Translations under genes and position numbers: made by a program
Shown: piece by piece, positions 50,837-63,497 of the stretch
How positions within the stretch are numbered: position 1 is the first letter of the stretch
How the letters are laid out: each line of letters begins with the position of its first letter
The notes under the pieces: model-generated
Databases searched by the model: none
What the model saw: the letters and a program-made list of their open reading frames with translations, nothing else
Told to the model about the DNA's origin: nothing
NCBI GenBank assembly: GCA_963810935.1
Contig: CAWEPK010000017.1
Span: 1-64,000 of the forward strand
DNA: 64,000 bases
Reading direction: 5' to 3'
DNA from: an uncultured delta proteobacterium
GTDB taxonomy: Bacteria; Desulfobacterota; Syntrophorhabdia; Syntrophorhabdales; WCHB1-27

Positions 50837-52557
50837 CTAAACGTTCGTGTACGGCCTGCCTCCCGACAGGAAAGTTCCAATGATATTACCCTCGGTAATG
50901 GGAAGCAGCACGTGTGACGGATGGTCGGCGTCCTGAAAGACCGTGATGCGTGAGGAGGACTGCCGCTTGATGTGACCGCCCGCGATCTGTTCGAACGTAT
51001 GCTTTGCGGGGTCATAGGCAGACGTGATTCTCAGCTTTATCTTTGTGCAGGCCTTAAAGAGGTTAGAGGTCGGGTTCCGCCTATACTGACTGGTAACTTG
51101 CATCGGAGGTGCTGTAGGGGGCGGACGGCTAGAGTTTTGAGCGGGCGGTATTGACGGCCGATGGGAGCCCTGAGCCAGCCGCGAGTCAGTTCTTCTCGTT
51201 GCCTTGCTGGTCGACTTCCCTGAGACTGGTCACCACAGGGCCAGAATCGTCGGTGGTGGACGCATTTGGATTCAATATCTTTTCCGAAAACCTTTGAATC
51301 CCACCAGAGGAGAGGAATAATAGTCCACGTGGCCGCGCACCCAGGGTGAATCCTCATAGGAAACCTGCGCCTCGTAGGGCCAATGCTCATGCTCGGAGAG
51401 GAGTTCACCCTCGTGAAGGAATAAAGATGTCCATTTGGTCTCGGGGAGAGGCCATTCATTCGACTTCTTCCACCTGTTCGAGCCCATCACGAAAAGCTTG
51501 ACCGGCGGCTCTTCCATAAAACCCGTGTCTATTCCCTTCAACCATTGGTCGAACCACCTGAGGGCCTCGAACTGCAACTGGAAGAAAGGCCGGTCGAGAT
51601 AGAAGGGCGGACCGATAACCATCTTCTTTGGGGGCACTCAATTTTTCCCAGCCTCGAAATGCGCCGGGCAGGTGGAGCCCATACGTCGCCCAGCATCCGC
51701 CGATATACGCGGGTACCTTTGTCGTGTCATATTTTGCCTTGCGCTCCTCCCAGAAAGGATTGTCCAGAGGGTTGAGGGCGACATCGGCAAGGATCGGATT
51801 AATGCCTTCGGTGAGGTTTTTCACCACGTCCATCATACCGGGGATGGCCATGAGGTCTTCATCCTGGAGGGCCTTCTTGACCGCCTCCTCGACCGCCTTA
51901 TCCCCAAGGAGCCTGCGGGTGATCAGGCTCGAATCGCGGGTTAAGGTAATCCTTGGCCAGTGCCCGCAGGAAGTTGTACCCGAAAATACGGCCCCGGTAA
52001 ATCCAGTCGCGATAAAAGTCGGTGAGCCCGTGGGGCGCGAATATGCACTTGAGGGAAGGCGGATTCAGGGCCGCAACGAACACCTGGATCCAGGCGAAGT
52101 AAGAAACGCCGAACATGCCCACCTTGCCGTCGCACCACGGCTGCTTCGCTATCCACTCTATGACTTCATAGGTGTCGCGGATCTCCTGATTCCCCATGAA
52201 GTCATACGTTCCCCCGGACTTGCCCGTGCCACGCACATTGGCGACTACCTGAACGTACCCGCGTCGCACCAGGAAATTGGGATCGCCCGATTCTATCCAG
52301 CCCCTGCCCTTATCCTCTCCTGGATGGGGATGTGTCACGGAGGAAAAGGAATTAGGCATTATGGGTGCCGTTTGTGGTTGTTGCGGATACGGATGGATGC
52401 CTAGGATCATGGCGAATTTTTCGGCACTGTCCGGCCGCCAGATATCCGCGCTGAGTTCGGTCCCGTCGCTCATGGGCACCCGCACGTCCGCTCGAAAATA
52501 AAGTTGGTGGATTTTATCTTTGAAGTCTTCCACTTCGTACTGAACAATGCACCTCAA
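50837..52557 (-). pseudogene. CocE/NonD family hydrolase pseudogene
   Basis: VPMSDG..LSADIWRP, NVRGTGKS.G, GKVGMFGVSYF, RWFD.WLKG, WPLPET, TRGWLRA, HPSH.LLP with multiple frameshifts. Confidence 0.85.
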
Positions 52558-52609
52558 TCGTTTGTTTTGTATATGTCACCGCTTTCTCTACCTCGGGAAC
52601 AAACATATA

Positions 52610-52625
52610 TGCAGCAACCATGCCT
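52610..52625 (-). promoter_or_regulatory. Sigma54 promoter for the CocE-MFS operon
   Basis: Minus strand AGGCATGGTTGCTGCA fits GG-N10-GC; divergent from a sigma54 activator gene. Confidence 0.55.
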
Positions 52626-52835
52626 GCACGAAGTGAACGTGGCAAAAGGTGACGATTTATCAAAGAAGGCGCGGAAAATGTAAAAAAGGAAAGCAGACGA
52701 AAAAACAAGGTAAATAGTATTCTCTTAGATATGGGTGCGTTTTTTTGTTGACACAATTTTCCGTACAGCTGATCATTTTGTAGCGCCATGGCGAATCCTA
52801 CGGCAATAGTCTTCTATGTGTAAAGGGGAGATAAC

Positions 52836-54236
52836 ATGTCCATTTCTGCTGACTCATGGTCCGATGTTTTCACGAAGGTCAAGGAAGGGCTAAGCCATTA
52901 CGATCCGGTTCCTGTTTTTGAGGAGCTTTTCAGGTTTCTGTATGAAGGTTCGATCGTGATCGATACAAAGGGCCACGTGGTGTTCATGGACAAACCCACC
53001 GAAACATGGTTCGGACTCCCTCCGGGAGCAGGCCGCGGCAGAAACCTTGCGGAGTTTTTTCCGGATTTAGGCTTATTGAAGAGCAAAAGAACGTATTTCC
53101 GCAATGGCAGGTTATCAAAGAAATACGTTTGGCAAAAATGGCTATGTTACAAAGGCTTCCGATAGTGAGAAACAGGCGGTTGATCGGCGCGGTGGGGACA
53201 CATGGTCATTCATGAGAGAGATGGAGATCGAGAACGTCCTGGCTCAATCTCCGGCCACCGACAAATTTATAAGCTTTAGCCATGCTCCGAATAATGCCGA
53301 TTATACTTTCGATGATATTCTGGGGATAAGTCTGTCCATAACCGAGTCAAAAGAAAGAGCCGCAAGAATTGCGCGCACAGATTCCACCGTGTTGTTAACC
53401 GGGGAGACAGGAACGGGGAAAGAGTTATTTGCGCATAGCATCCATCAACTCGAGTAGTCGCACCAAGGGTCCCTTGATTCGGGTTAACTGTGGTGGCATA
53501 ACTGTTGAACTAGCCGAAAGCGAATTGTTTGGTTACGCGAAGGGAGCCTTCACCGGCGGAAGCAACACCGGGCATATAGGAAAGTTCGAACTCGCTTCCG
53601 GCGGGACTATATTTCTTGAGAAGTAATCGCTATGCCCTTGTCCATACAGACGAAGCTCCTGAGAGTAATTCAGGAAAAGGAAGTCCAGCTCTCGCTTTGA
53701 ATGATACGAAAAAGCTCGATTTCAGATTGATCGCGGCGACGAATGTCGACTTATCCAACCTTGTGGAAAAAGGAACTTTCAGGCCGGATCTTTATTACCG
53801 GCTGGCTTCCATGCCGATTGCGATAGCCCCACTGCGGGAGAGAGTCGAGGATATTCCCTACACGGTTAATAGTCTGTTGCCGGTCATCAATCGAAGATTG
53901 TCCGGGAATGTTCGGTCAATTTCAGGCGGCGCTCTCGACGCGATGTGCAGCTACAGATGGACGGGCAATGTTCGCGAACTGAGTAACGCCGTGGAACAGT
54001 CGATTTTCAACGCCTATCCCGGCACCGAAATTGACAGGACCGATTTGCCTGCATTCTTGAAATCAGTCTCGCACAACGAAATATCATGTGAGAAAGAGAT
54101 GCGCAAGGCAAGGACCAACGCGGAGCAAAGAGCTATAAATCAAGCGTTGAGGATAACAAAAGGAAACAAGAAAAAAGCAGCACAACTGCTGGGAATTTCC
54201 AGAACATGGTTGTATCAAAAGCTTCGCTCTCCATGA
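52836..54236 (+). pseudogene. PAS-AAA-Fis sigma54-dependent activator pseudogene
   Basis: GETGTGKELFAH, ESELFGY.KGAFTG, RLIAATN, FRPDLYYRL, W.GNVREL, GNK..AA.LLGISR; at least three frame breaks. Confidence 0.88.
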
Positions 54237-54319
54237 CCCTGGCAATCCCCTTTGTTTGGACGAAAAAGGCGGAAGATGTCGCCAAGAAAATAGCCCGTGT
54301 AAAGCCATTAATGAGACGG

Positions 54320-54516
54320 TACACTAGATTTACTGATCAGTTCATAAGTAAAGCCTCTTTATGGTATACTGGGAGGCATGAGAGAGACTGATGGGAGAAA
54401 GCTCAAACATGATGTTCTGGAAGCTATCCGGATACGCGCGGTGCGGCGGATAGAAGAGAGAGATCCCCGAGGTGGTCATCAAGGCTCTGGGAATGAACCG
54501 TCGTACCATCTACCGC
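54320..54516 (+). mobile_element. IS630-family remnant (left end and N-terminal HTH)
   Basis: TA-CACTAGATTTACTGATCAG end; MRETDGRKLKHDVLEAIRIRAVRR../PEVVIKALGMNRRTIYR, then truncated. Confidence 0.7.
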
Positions 54517-55461
54517 GGAAGTCGTACAGCTAATTGCCCCTTGTATCTGTCCTTACCCGCCCTGATTTACCAATGAGATCGATCAAATTAGTCGTGATGT
54601 TGGAAAGGTTTACAAGCTGCTAAAATTGTAAAGTATTCATACATCCTGTCAAGACGAAAGTGCCTCCGGTAATAAGGCCGGACTGCAAAGACACCGAAAC
54701 AAACAGGCTATTTACAAGGCGTTTTAGGGTCCAGCCCTTTCCGACGCCTCTTAAGTCTTACAACCGAAGTTTGACGCGCTGCGCGCCTTAACGGTGTACA
54801 ACCGGCCCGGGGCCCCAGCAGATCGCCATGTCCGCAGCGTGCAACTTTCTCAAAACGGCCTCATCGGCCTAACCAAGGCTCTACGCACTTAATTCCACCC
54901 ACCGATAGCATAAGAGACCAGGCCGTGTGCCCGGCGTCCGGAACGACGAACCTCTTTTCGACATTTCGGAGTCCTTCGCGCTGGTCGAACCACGCGGTTC
55001 TGAAAATTCTGCCGCAGGATTATAGCCGACCGCATTCCGGTCGATCGACAAACAGGTAAGTGGGAAATGAAGGAGAAAAGGATGCGATCACCCGCCGGGT
55101 ACGCAGGGTGCCGAATGGACGAATATAGATTCTGCCAAAAAGAAATGGCCGTACCCGTTTCTCTTCTTCCTTGTGGCATTCGGTACTTTTACGCGTCTCG
55201 CCGGTGGGCTCTGATTGTAGGTGAAATACGGAGTATTTTGAATAGGATCGGGGGCTTGATTTGCCGGCGACAGACTGCACCACCCGCTCTCGCCGCAATT
55301 GTCCGCTCGTAAGGACAATTGCGGCAGCGTGACCACCGGATCACAATCACTGTCCCTTTGCTTTTTTCCGGCCTAAAGCCGGGCGGCAGGGCATGCCGAT
55401 GCCGACCACCCCTAACAGCAGTTGTCCGCCCCGGCGGACAACTGTTGTAGTGCCCGGAGGA

Positions 55462-55584
55462 GCCGCATGGAGGATGCTTCATATGCGGATGCAATGGGAG
55501 CCGTGGCGGCCGGAGATCGTACATTCGTACATCGGAGGCCCCACGGCGAGCATGGCGCCGCAGAGGGAGTATTCTTCATGCGGC
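55462..55584 (+). repeat. Long palindromic REP-like repeat, subfamily A2
   Basis: Arms GCCGCATGGAGGATGCT / AGTATTCTTCATGCGGC; central GCCGGAGATCGTACATTCGTACATCGGAGG. Confidence 0.7.
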
Positions 55585-55650
55585 GAGTCCAGACCTGGCC
55601 ACACTATCCGCCTTAGCCTCTATAACCGCACCGATGCACTTCCAGACCCG

Positions 55651-56930
55651 CTAAATCACGCTGCCCGCAGGTATCACTGCACCCTTTGGTATCACCGTGA
55701 TGCCGTCGCGCACCCAGTATAGCTCCGACTCGTACGACTCTCCCCGCGCCTTCGCCCGTATCGTCACGCCGTCGCCTATATGCACGCTCTTGTCGATGAT
55801 GGCCCTCTCGATGATGCAGTTCCTCCCGATGCCCATGGCCGGGTTGCCTGCGGGTGCGTCCTCATCTGCGACGAGCTGCTCCCCATCGTAGAAATCCTCA
55901 CCCAGCAGCACGACTTGGTCGAGCGTAGTCCCCTCGCGGATTACGCTGCGCACGCCAACCACCGAATCGGTCACGCGGGCGTTCACGATGCAGGAGCCTT
56001 CGCAAAGCAGGCTGTCGCGTATCTCCGAGCCGATCACGCGGCCCGGAGGCAGCGGGCGGCTGCGCGTATAGATCGGCTGTCGCGGCGCGTAGAGGTCGAA
56101 GGCCGCATCCGGCTTTGTCAGGCCGATATTTGCGTCGAAGAACGCCTCTACCGTCCCGATATCGCGCCAATAGCCGGCAAAAGGGTAAGCGGCCACGCTG
56201 TACCGGCTCATCGCCCATTCGAATATGCCGGTGCTGAAATCGTTCGCGCCGTTCTCGGTGAGCGCCTTTTTCAGCACTTCCGGCCTGAACACGTAAATGC
56301 CCATCGAGCCGAGCGCGCTGCCCGGCCGTATATCCGTCGCGCCGGGGAAAAGCGCAGGCGGAACGGGAAAGGCATCGATCACTCTGTCATCTTGCGGCTT
56401 CTCCATGAACCGCCGTACGACGCACGAGGCGTCTACGCCGACGAGCCCCATCCTGCGGGCGTCCGCCCTTTCCACGGGGCAGACGCAAATCGTGACGTCC
56501 GCCTTCGATTGCCTGTGGGACCGTAGCAACTCCGCGAAGTCCATGCGGTAAAGCTGGTCGCCGGAAAGTATAAGTATCTCGTCGGAGTGGTAGTAAAGCG
56601 TGTGGTTCATGGTCGCCCGCACTGCGTCGGCAGGCCCCTGGAACCAGTCGCTTTTCTGCGCCGTCTGCTCCGCGGCGAGGATGTCGACGAAGCCGTCCGA
56701 GAACTCGTCGAACCGGTATGTCTGCATGATGTGGCGGTGGAGGCTCGCGGAAAGGAACTGGGTCAGCACGAAGATGCGCTTGATCCCCGAATTGATGCAG
56801 TTGGACAGCGGTATGTCGATGATCCTGTATTTGCCCGCAAAACCGACCGCAGGCTTGGCCCGCTTCAGCGTAAGCGGATAAAGCCGCGTGCCGCGCCGCC
56901 GCCGAGGATGATAGCCGTCATTCCATCCAT
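55651..56930 (-). CDS. glgC: Glucose-1-phosphate adenylyltransferase, frameshift near 56895
   Basis: IILGGG / GTRLYPLT..RAKPAV.F.GKYR.ID, WFQG.ADAVR, LSGDQLYRMD, SMGIYVF, YW.DIGT. Confidence 0.93.
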
Positions 56931-57012
56931 ATTTATATATTCCAGCACAAGGGCGTACGCATGCAAGCTACTTCTATTCTTCGTTAACAAAAGCTTGCAA
57001 AAGAGGGGGCTA

Positions 57013-57114
57013 TCATTGGGCTTCAGCAGCCCCTCCACGGGCAAAGCCGCGGAGCCACCCCGCTCGCGCGGCGCATACGCTTGCTTTGGGCAATCATTGG
57101 GGTTCAGCACCCCC
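57013..57114 (-). repeat. Family B repeat, one full and one partial copy
   Basis: Minus strand GGGGGTGCTGAACCCCAATGATT, then AAAGCAAGCGTATGCGCCGCGCGAGCGGGGTGGCTCCGCGGCTTTGCCCGTGGAGGGGCTGCTGAAGCCCAATGA. Confidence 0.85.
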
Positions 57115-57194
57115 GCTGCGACCCTTCCCTCCTCACGTCGGGCGGGCACCCCGGCTTCCTTGCTGCCGCCCCGAAATGTGTCCCGGCCTGCCGG

Positions 57195-60100
57195 CTATTT
57201 GTTTGTCCCGCCTGCACCGCCTTCCCCGCCCTGGCTGCCGCCTTCCAGGTCGAACTGCATGCCGTCTGCATTGATCGATTTTATAGTGGCCGAGTAGCTG
57301 CCCGAATCGGAGTAGACGATATGGTTATCCATCGTCCCGTTTACCGTCCCGGTGTTCGTTGGCGTAAAGCAGCCGATCTGGTTGTTCAGCCCCTGGCCGG
57401 TAGAATTGCTCCCCTGGCCGCTAAAAGAAGCCTGCCCGCCCGTCTGCTGGCCGTTGGACTCGAAATTGGCTTCCTGCTGGGCCGCGAATGCCTCCGCCGT
57501 CGCCACGGCTGTCTGTTGTGACGTAGCCTGCTGAGTAAGGGTCTGGGCGTTGGCAACCGCCGTCGCGGCTGATTGGGCCGCGTTCGACTCGGGCGGCCCT
57601 TGAGTGGACGAGCCAAAAGTGCTGGTGGTTGTCGATACACCGGTGCCAGAGCCTCTTCCGACGCCTGTTGATTCACCCGTCGTCGTTGGGTTGAAGGTGT
57701 TACCGTTGAATGTGGTGCTGCCGTTGCGGCCGGCGAACCCATCGACATAGGAGGAGGCGTAAGTCCCCGTCAACGAGACATTGCCGAAGGCGGAAGAATT
57801 ATTGACCTGCCCGCTGAACGAGTAGCCCCCAAAGCTGCCGCTAAGCCCGTAACTATAGGCACCCGACGAATCTCCAGGTACCGTCGTGGTAGATGATAAC
57901 GTAGTATAGGAAACCGAATTATTGATGATGCCACTTCCGTTGCCATTTACATTGTAACCGAAGAACCCGCCGATACTGGTAAAGGGAATGTTCGATCCCG
58001 CCGCGGACGACGCTATCACTGCCCCGTCCGAAAGGGAGTTACTGATGACACCGCCATTGTTTTTTCCGACGAACCCACCGAAGCCAAGTCCTCCGTTAAG
58101 GGTCGTCGTGTAGGCATTGTAATTGGTTTCGTAAATGGTCACCGTTCCATACGAGGCGGAGTTAAGGATCACGGCATGAGAACTGCCTTCGGACACATTT
58201 TCCCCGACGAAGCCGCCGACTGCGTAAGCATCCGTCGCGTTGACGTTCACATTGGCCCGTGAACCGTAAATGACGCCTTCGTTTATTCCGGCGAAGCCGC
58301 CAATATCTTCGCCGCCCGTGAAGGAGGTCCCCACCGCTGACCCGATGACATTCACTGTCCCGCTAACATAGGCGTTGATGATGGTGCCGTTGTTCACACC
58401 GATAAGGGCGCCGTCACCGATTGCCTCGGAGTTTATGGTGACCTTCGTCAGGTTGATGTCGCGGATCGTGCCGTAATTGCCGCCAAAGAAGGACGCCGGC
58501 GTCAATGCCGGATTGGCCGTTACGGTGACGCCGCTGATGCTATTTCCCAGGCCTTCAAAGATTGACCCGGTTGCCATGCCGCTGATCGGAGGGGCTGTAA
58601 ATGCCGTGCTCGGCGCGGTTAGATTTGAAGCCAAGGCATAATAGCCAACACCGTTATTGGTGTTGATGACGCTCAGATCGTGCGGCCCCGACCCGCCAAT
58701 GCTTGTAATAAGCGTATAGACATTCCCGTTGATGATCACCGGAGTGGCCGCGGTGCTATTGACGAAATCGAGGCTGCCGATGAAGGACCAGGGTGTTGGA
58801 GCTATCGGAGGCGTCGTCGCGGTAGCGGGTGTGGCGGGTTGGAAGAGGAAATTGAACCCGCCAAAGGGCGTTCCATAGGTCGCGGTCGGACTTCCTCCGG
58901 ACATGCTCGTGTCCATCGCAGTATCATAGGTTGCGACGAACTGCGCATTAGCGCTCGCCGTCATCACCGCATTCACATTGATGAAGCCGCCCGCAGCGCC
59001 GGCGTTCAGCGTCAGCGTGCCGGCCGACCAGTTCACCGTATCGTTGACGTTGATATTCGTGCCAGAGAAGGTCCAGGCGCCGTTGTTCGCCCAGGTCTGC
59101 GGGGCGTTGATGTTCACGTTATTCCCGGCGGTCGCGCCCAGCGTGGCGACTTGCAGGGAGGATGGGGCATTGATGTTGACATCAGTGCCTGCCGTCAGCG
59201 TGAGCGTTCCCACGGGCGCTGTGACCGCCGCGTTGACATTGATGGCGTTGGTGGCGGTGAGCGACAGGGTGTTGGCTGTGGTCCAGCTCACCACATCGTT
59301 GACGTTGATATTGCCGTCGTTCGCTCCGTTGTTGCCGCTGCCCTGTGTCGATGCGATAGTGACATTGTTAGCGGCAAGCTCGCTGCCTAGCGTCGCGCCT
59401 GTAATGTCCCCCCCGCTTGCCGCTATAGTAAACCCATCCGGGTCTATAACCCACGTCCCCGCCTTGCCGTAAGCCGCAGCCGTGGTTATCACCGCCGAAT
59501 TGGCTATGTTGACATTGGCGCCCGACGTCTCTATCAACCCCCCATCCCCACCGTTAGGAGCAGAGGCGTCCAGCGTACCTGCCACGTTGACCGTGCCCCC
59601 ATCCGCATAGAGCTTTATGTTGCCTTTAAGGTCGTCTATGGTGCGCGCCTGGATCAGCCCTGAGTTATTCACCTGGGCGGATAGGAGGTCGTCTGCTGCT
59701 TTGGCGGTAAGTATTACCGTACCCCCGTCCGCATAGATGGCCTGCTTGTTCTCTACCAGGGCATTTAAGGCGCCCTGGTCTATCGTTAGGTTAAGGAGGG
59801 AGTTGCCGTTGAAGTTGAGGGTTATCTGGTCGCCTGAGGCTAAAGCTACCGTACCCTTGGTAGCTGCTATTACCCCCTGGTTGGATACCGTATTGCCTAG
59901 AAGGGCTACATACCCTCCGTTGTTGGCTGTTATAGTCCCCTGGTTAACTACGGAGCCTAAAGAGCCGTTGGCGTTGAATACGTAGTTGCCTGCGTTGAAG
60001 TCCGCATCCGTTATGTTCAGGGTACTGGCTAAGAAGCCTGAGGTATTTACACTAGACCCCTTGGTGAAGAGGATGCCGTTGGAGTTGATAAGATATACCC

Positions 60101-60438
60101 TGCCTGTGGCATTTAATGCACCCTGGATGATACTGCTCTCATTGCCGACCACCCTGTTCAGGGTGATGGCGTAGATGCCTAGGCTGGTTGAAGTTGACCG
60201 TCTCTGCCGGTGCGATGCTGAAGGTCTGCCAGTTGATGGAGGCCTTGTTCGTGGACTGGTTGATGTTCGTTGTATTGCCCGACTGGACTATGGCGGCGGT
60301 GCCGCTTGTGACTACGCCGCCCGTGGGGGCGGCTAGAAGAGGGCCTGCAAGGAGGCCGTAGAGCCAAAGGACTGTCATAAGCAGGGCAATCGCCCTCTTT
60401 GTCTCTTTAAACCCATTACCGTTAAAGCATTTCATCAC
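57195..60438 (-). CDS. Filamentous haemagglutinin-like TpsA exoprotein with GLUG-type repeats (frameshift near 60180)
   Basis: Signal peptide, APTGGVVTSG, INWQTFSI, V.FNQP / LNRVVG, LINSNGILF, W.IDP, and GGFAG.N.G repeats. Confidence 0.88.
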
Positions 60439-60695
60439 GACCTCCCTTCAATTAGTCAAAGGTGTAGATACAGCGTCCGCAGGTATTTCGGTTTACGGGT
60501 TTTGCTAAGGCTGCGGCTTCCCGCCGTACCTTATGCGTTATTTATGCATGTATACAACATTATGATACGTTATATCCCATAGTACCTAACGCTTGTCAAG
60601 ATTATTTCTTAAAATACTTTTGCGGGCTTATAAGTTTTTCTTAGTTTGAATTATTCGGGGTCCGCCGCCCTTCGGTGGGCGATACGCTCGCTTCA

Positions 60696-60728
60696 AAAAA
60701 AGAGGGGGCCTGAAAGAGGCCCCCTCCG
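60696..60728 (-). terminator. Rho-independent terminator after groEL
   Basis: GAGGGGGCCT arms followed by a T7 tract on the minus strand. Confidence 0.8.
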
Positions 60729-60750
60729 GTACTTTTTATTCGTTAACCTG

Positions 60751-62394
<1,644 letters not shown>

Positions 62395-62399
62395 TTATA

Positions 62400-62690
62400 T
62401 TAATCTTCGATTACGGCAAGGACGTCGTCTTCCCTCAGGATGAGGTGTTCCTCGCCGTCGATCTTTATCTCGGTTCCCGAATATTTTCCGAAGAGAATCT
62501 TGTCGCCGACCTTAACGGACAAAGGAGACCTCTTACCGCTTTCGAGCACCTTACCGTCGCCCACTGCTGTCACGCGCCCTTCCTGGGGCTTCTCTTTGGC
62601 AGCGTCAGGAATGATAATGCCGCCCTTCGTTTTCTCCTCTTCCTCGATCCTCTTGATGACCAGTCTGTCCTGTAATGGTTTGACCTTCAT
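62400..62690 (-). CDS. groS: Co-chaperonin GroES
   Basis: [42 protein letters not shown]. Confidence 0.98.
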   Translation of the reverse strand: MKVKPLQDRLVIKRIEEEEKTKGGIIIPDAAKEKPQEGRVTAVGDGKVLESGKRSPLSVKVGDKILFGKYSGTEIKIDGEEHLILREDDVLAVIED

Positions 62691-62719
62691 CGTATCACGC
62701 TCCTTTCTTGAATTTGGAA

Positions 62720-62746
62720 ATAGCAATCTGTGAGAATGATTGCTAA
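62720..62746 (-). promoter_or_regulatory. CIRCE-like operator (HrcA)
   Basis: TTAGCAATC-N9-GATTGCTAT (consensus TTAGCACTC-N9-GAGTGCTAA), just downstream of a TTGACA...TATATT promoter at 62751-62780. Confidence 0.85.
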
Positions 62747-62898
62747 AAATAATATAATGGGTGCACCGCTTTTTTGTCAATAGCTGGGGAGATTTTTTTT
62801 AGGCGGCTCCCGGCGTCTATAATGACTTGCATCCCGCTTTGCCCGGAATAACGGCGAAAAGAGCCTGGAATAAAGGACGGGGTAAATTATTGGAATCT

Positions 62899-63183
62899 TT
62901 ATCCCCCGCCGAGGAGGATAAGGGAGAGCCGGACGGTGTCGCCGTCGCGGAGGGGGGTAGCCAGGCCGTCGGGCAGGCTATTGTGGGGCATTTCGTTGAG
63001 CGCCACTTCGAAGACGCCCTCCAGCCGCAATTCCCCGGTTCGAGAATCGATCATCTCCCGGCCGACCGGCGTCCCCGTAAAGAGCCTGACGAGAAGGTCT
63101 TGCAGGAGACCGGCTTCCATCTCTATCTCGCCGGGGACCTCCGGCATGTGTACGGTGGTCCTGATATATATTTTCATTTTCAT
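62899..63183 (-). CDS. MoaD/ThiS-family ubiquitin-like protein
   Basis: GL.TPLRDGD.V.L; C-terminal GGG. Confidence 0.8.
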   Translation of the reverse strand: MKMKIYIRTTVHMPEVPGEIEMEAGLLQDLLVRLFTGTPVGREMIDSRTGELRLEGVFEVALNEMPHNSLPDGLATPLRDGDTVRLSLILLGGG

Positions 63184-63239
63184 GGCTATTATCGGCAAAT
63201 CATGGGCGATTGTCAAGCTCCCGGGGGAGGGGGGAATGG

Positions 63240-63390
63240 GTCAGTTTGAGATTAGCCAACGCTATGACCCTGTACGTCATGTACTACAACTTATGCCGGA
63301 TTCACAAGACTCGGGGAGTAACCGCCGGCAATGATAGCAGAGGTAACAGATCATGTGTGGGAGGTCAAGGATATAATAAGTTTAATATAA
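63240..63390 (+). mobile_element. IS1-family transposase C-terminal remnant
   Basis: LYVMYYNLCRIHKT.GVT / AM.A.VTDHVWEV.DI. Confidence 0.7.
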
Positions 63391-63410
63391 TCAATTCCTC
63401 CCAGTAATTA

Positions 63411-63482
63411 GGTTTACAAAACAAGACTTACAGTTGACAACAAAGCTCTAAAGGTTTACACTTATTCAAGACAAGGTTGACA
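63411..63482 (+). promoter_or_regulatory. Phased direct repeats RGTTKACA (putative operator array)
   Basis: Copies at 63411, 63432, 63453 and 63475 (21-22 bp period). Confidence 0.7.
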
Positions 63483-63497
63483 AGATGGAGGGGCGAG

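Noticed and set aside
50837..51300. Mobile insertion interrupting the CocE gene
   Set aside because: The segment still encodes CocE C-terminal motifs in shifting frames, so it is decay rather than insertion.
55365..55405. c-di-GMP-I riboswitch (CCGGCCTAAA...)
   Set aside because: Only a partial resemblance to the 3' half; the GGCAAA/GAAA/GACGCAAA 5' elements are missing.
59400..60185. DGR template repeat (A-rich codons)
   Set aside because: No reverse transcriptase and no second copy differing only at adenines in the window.
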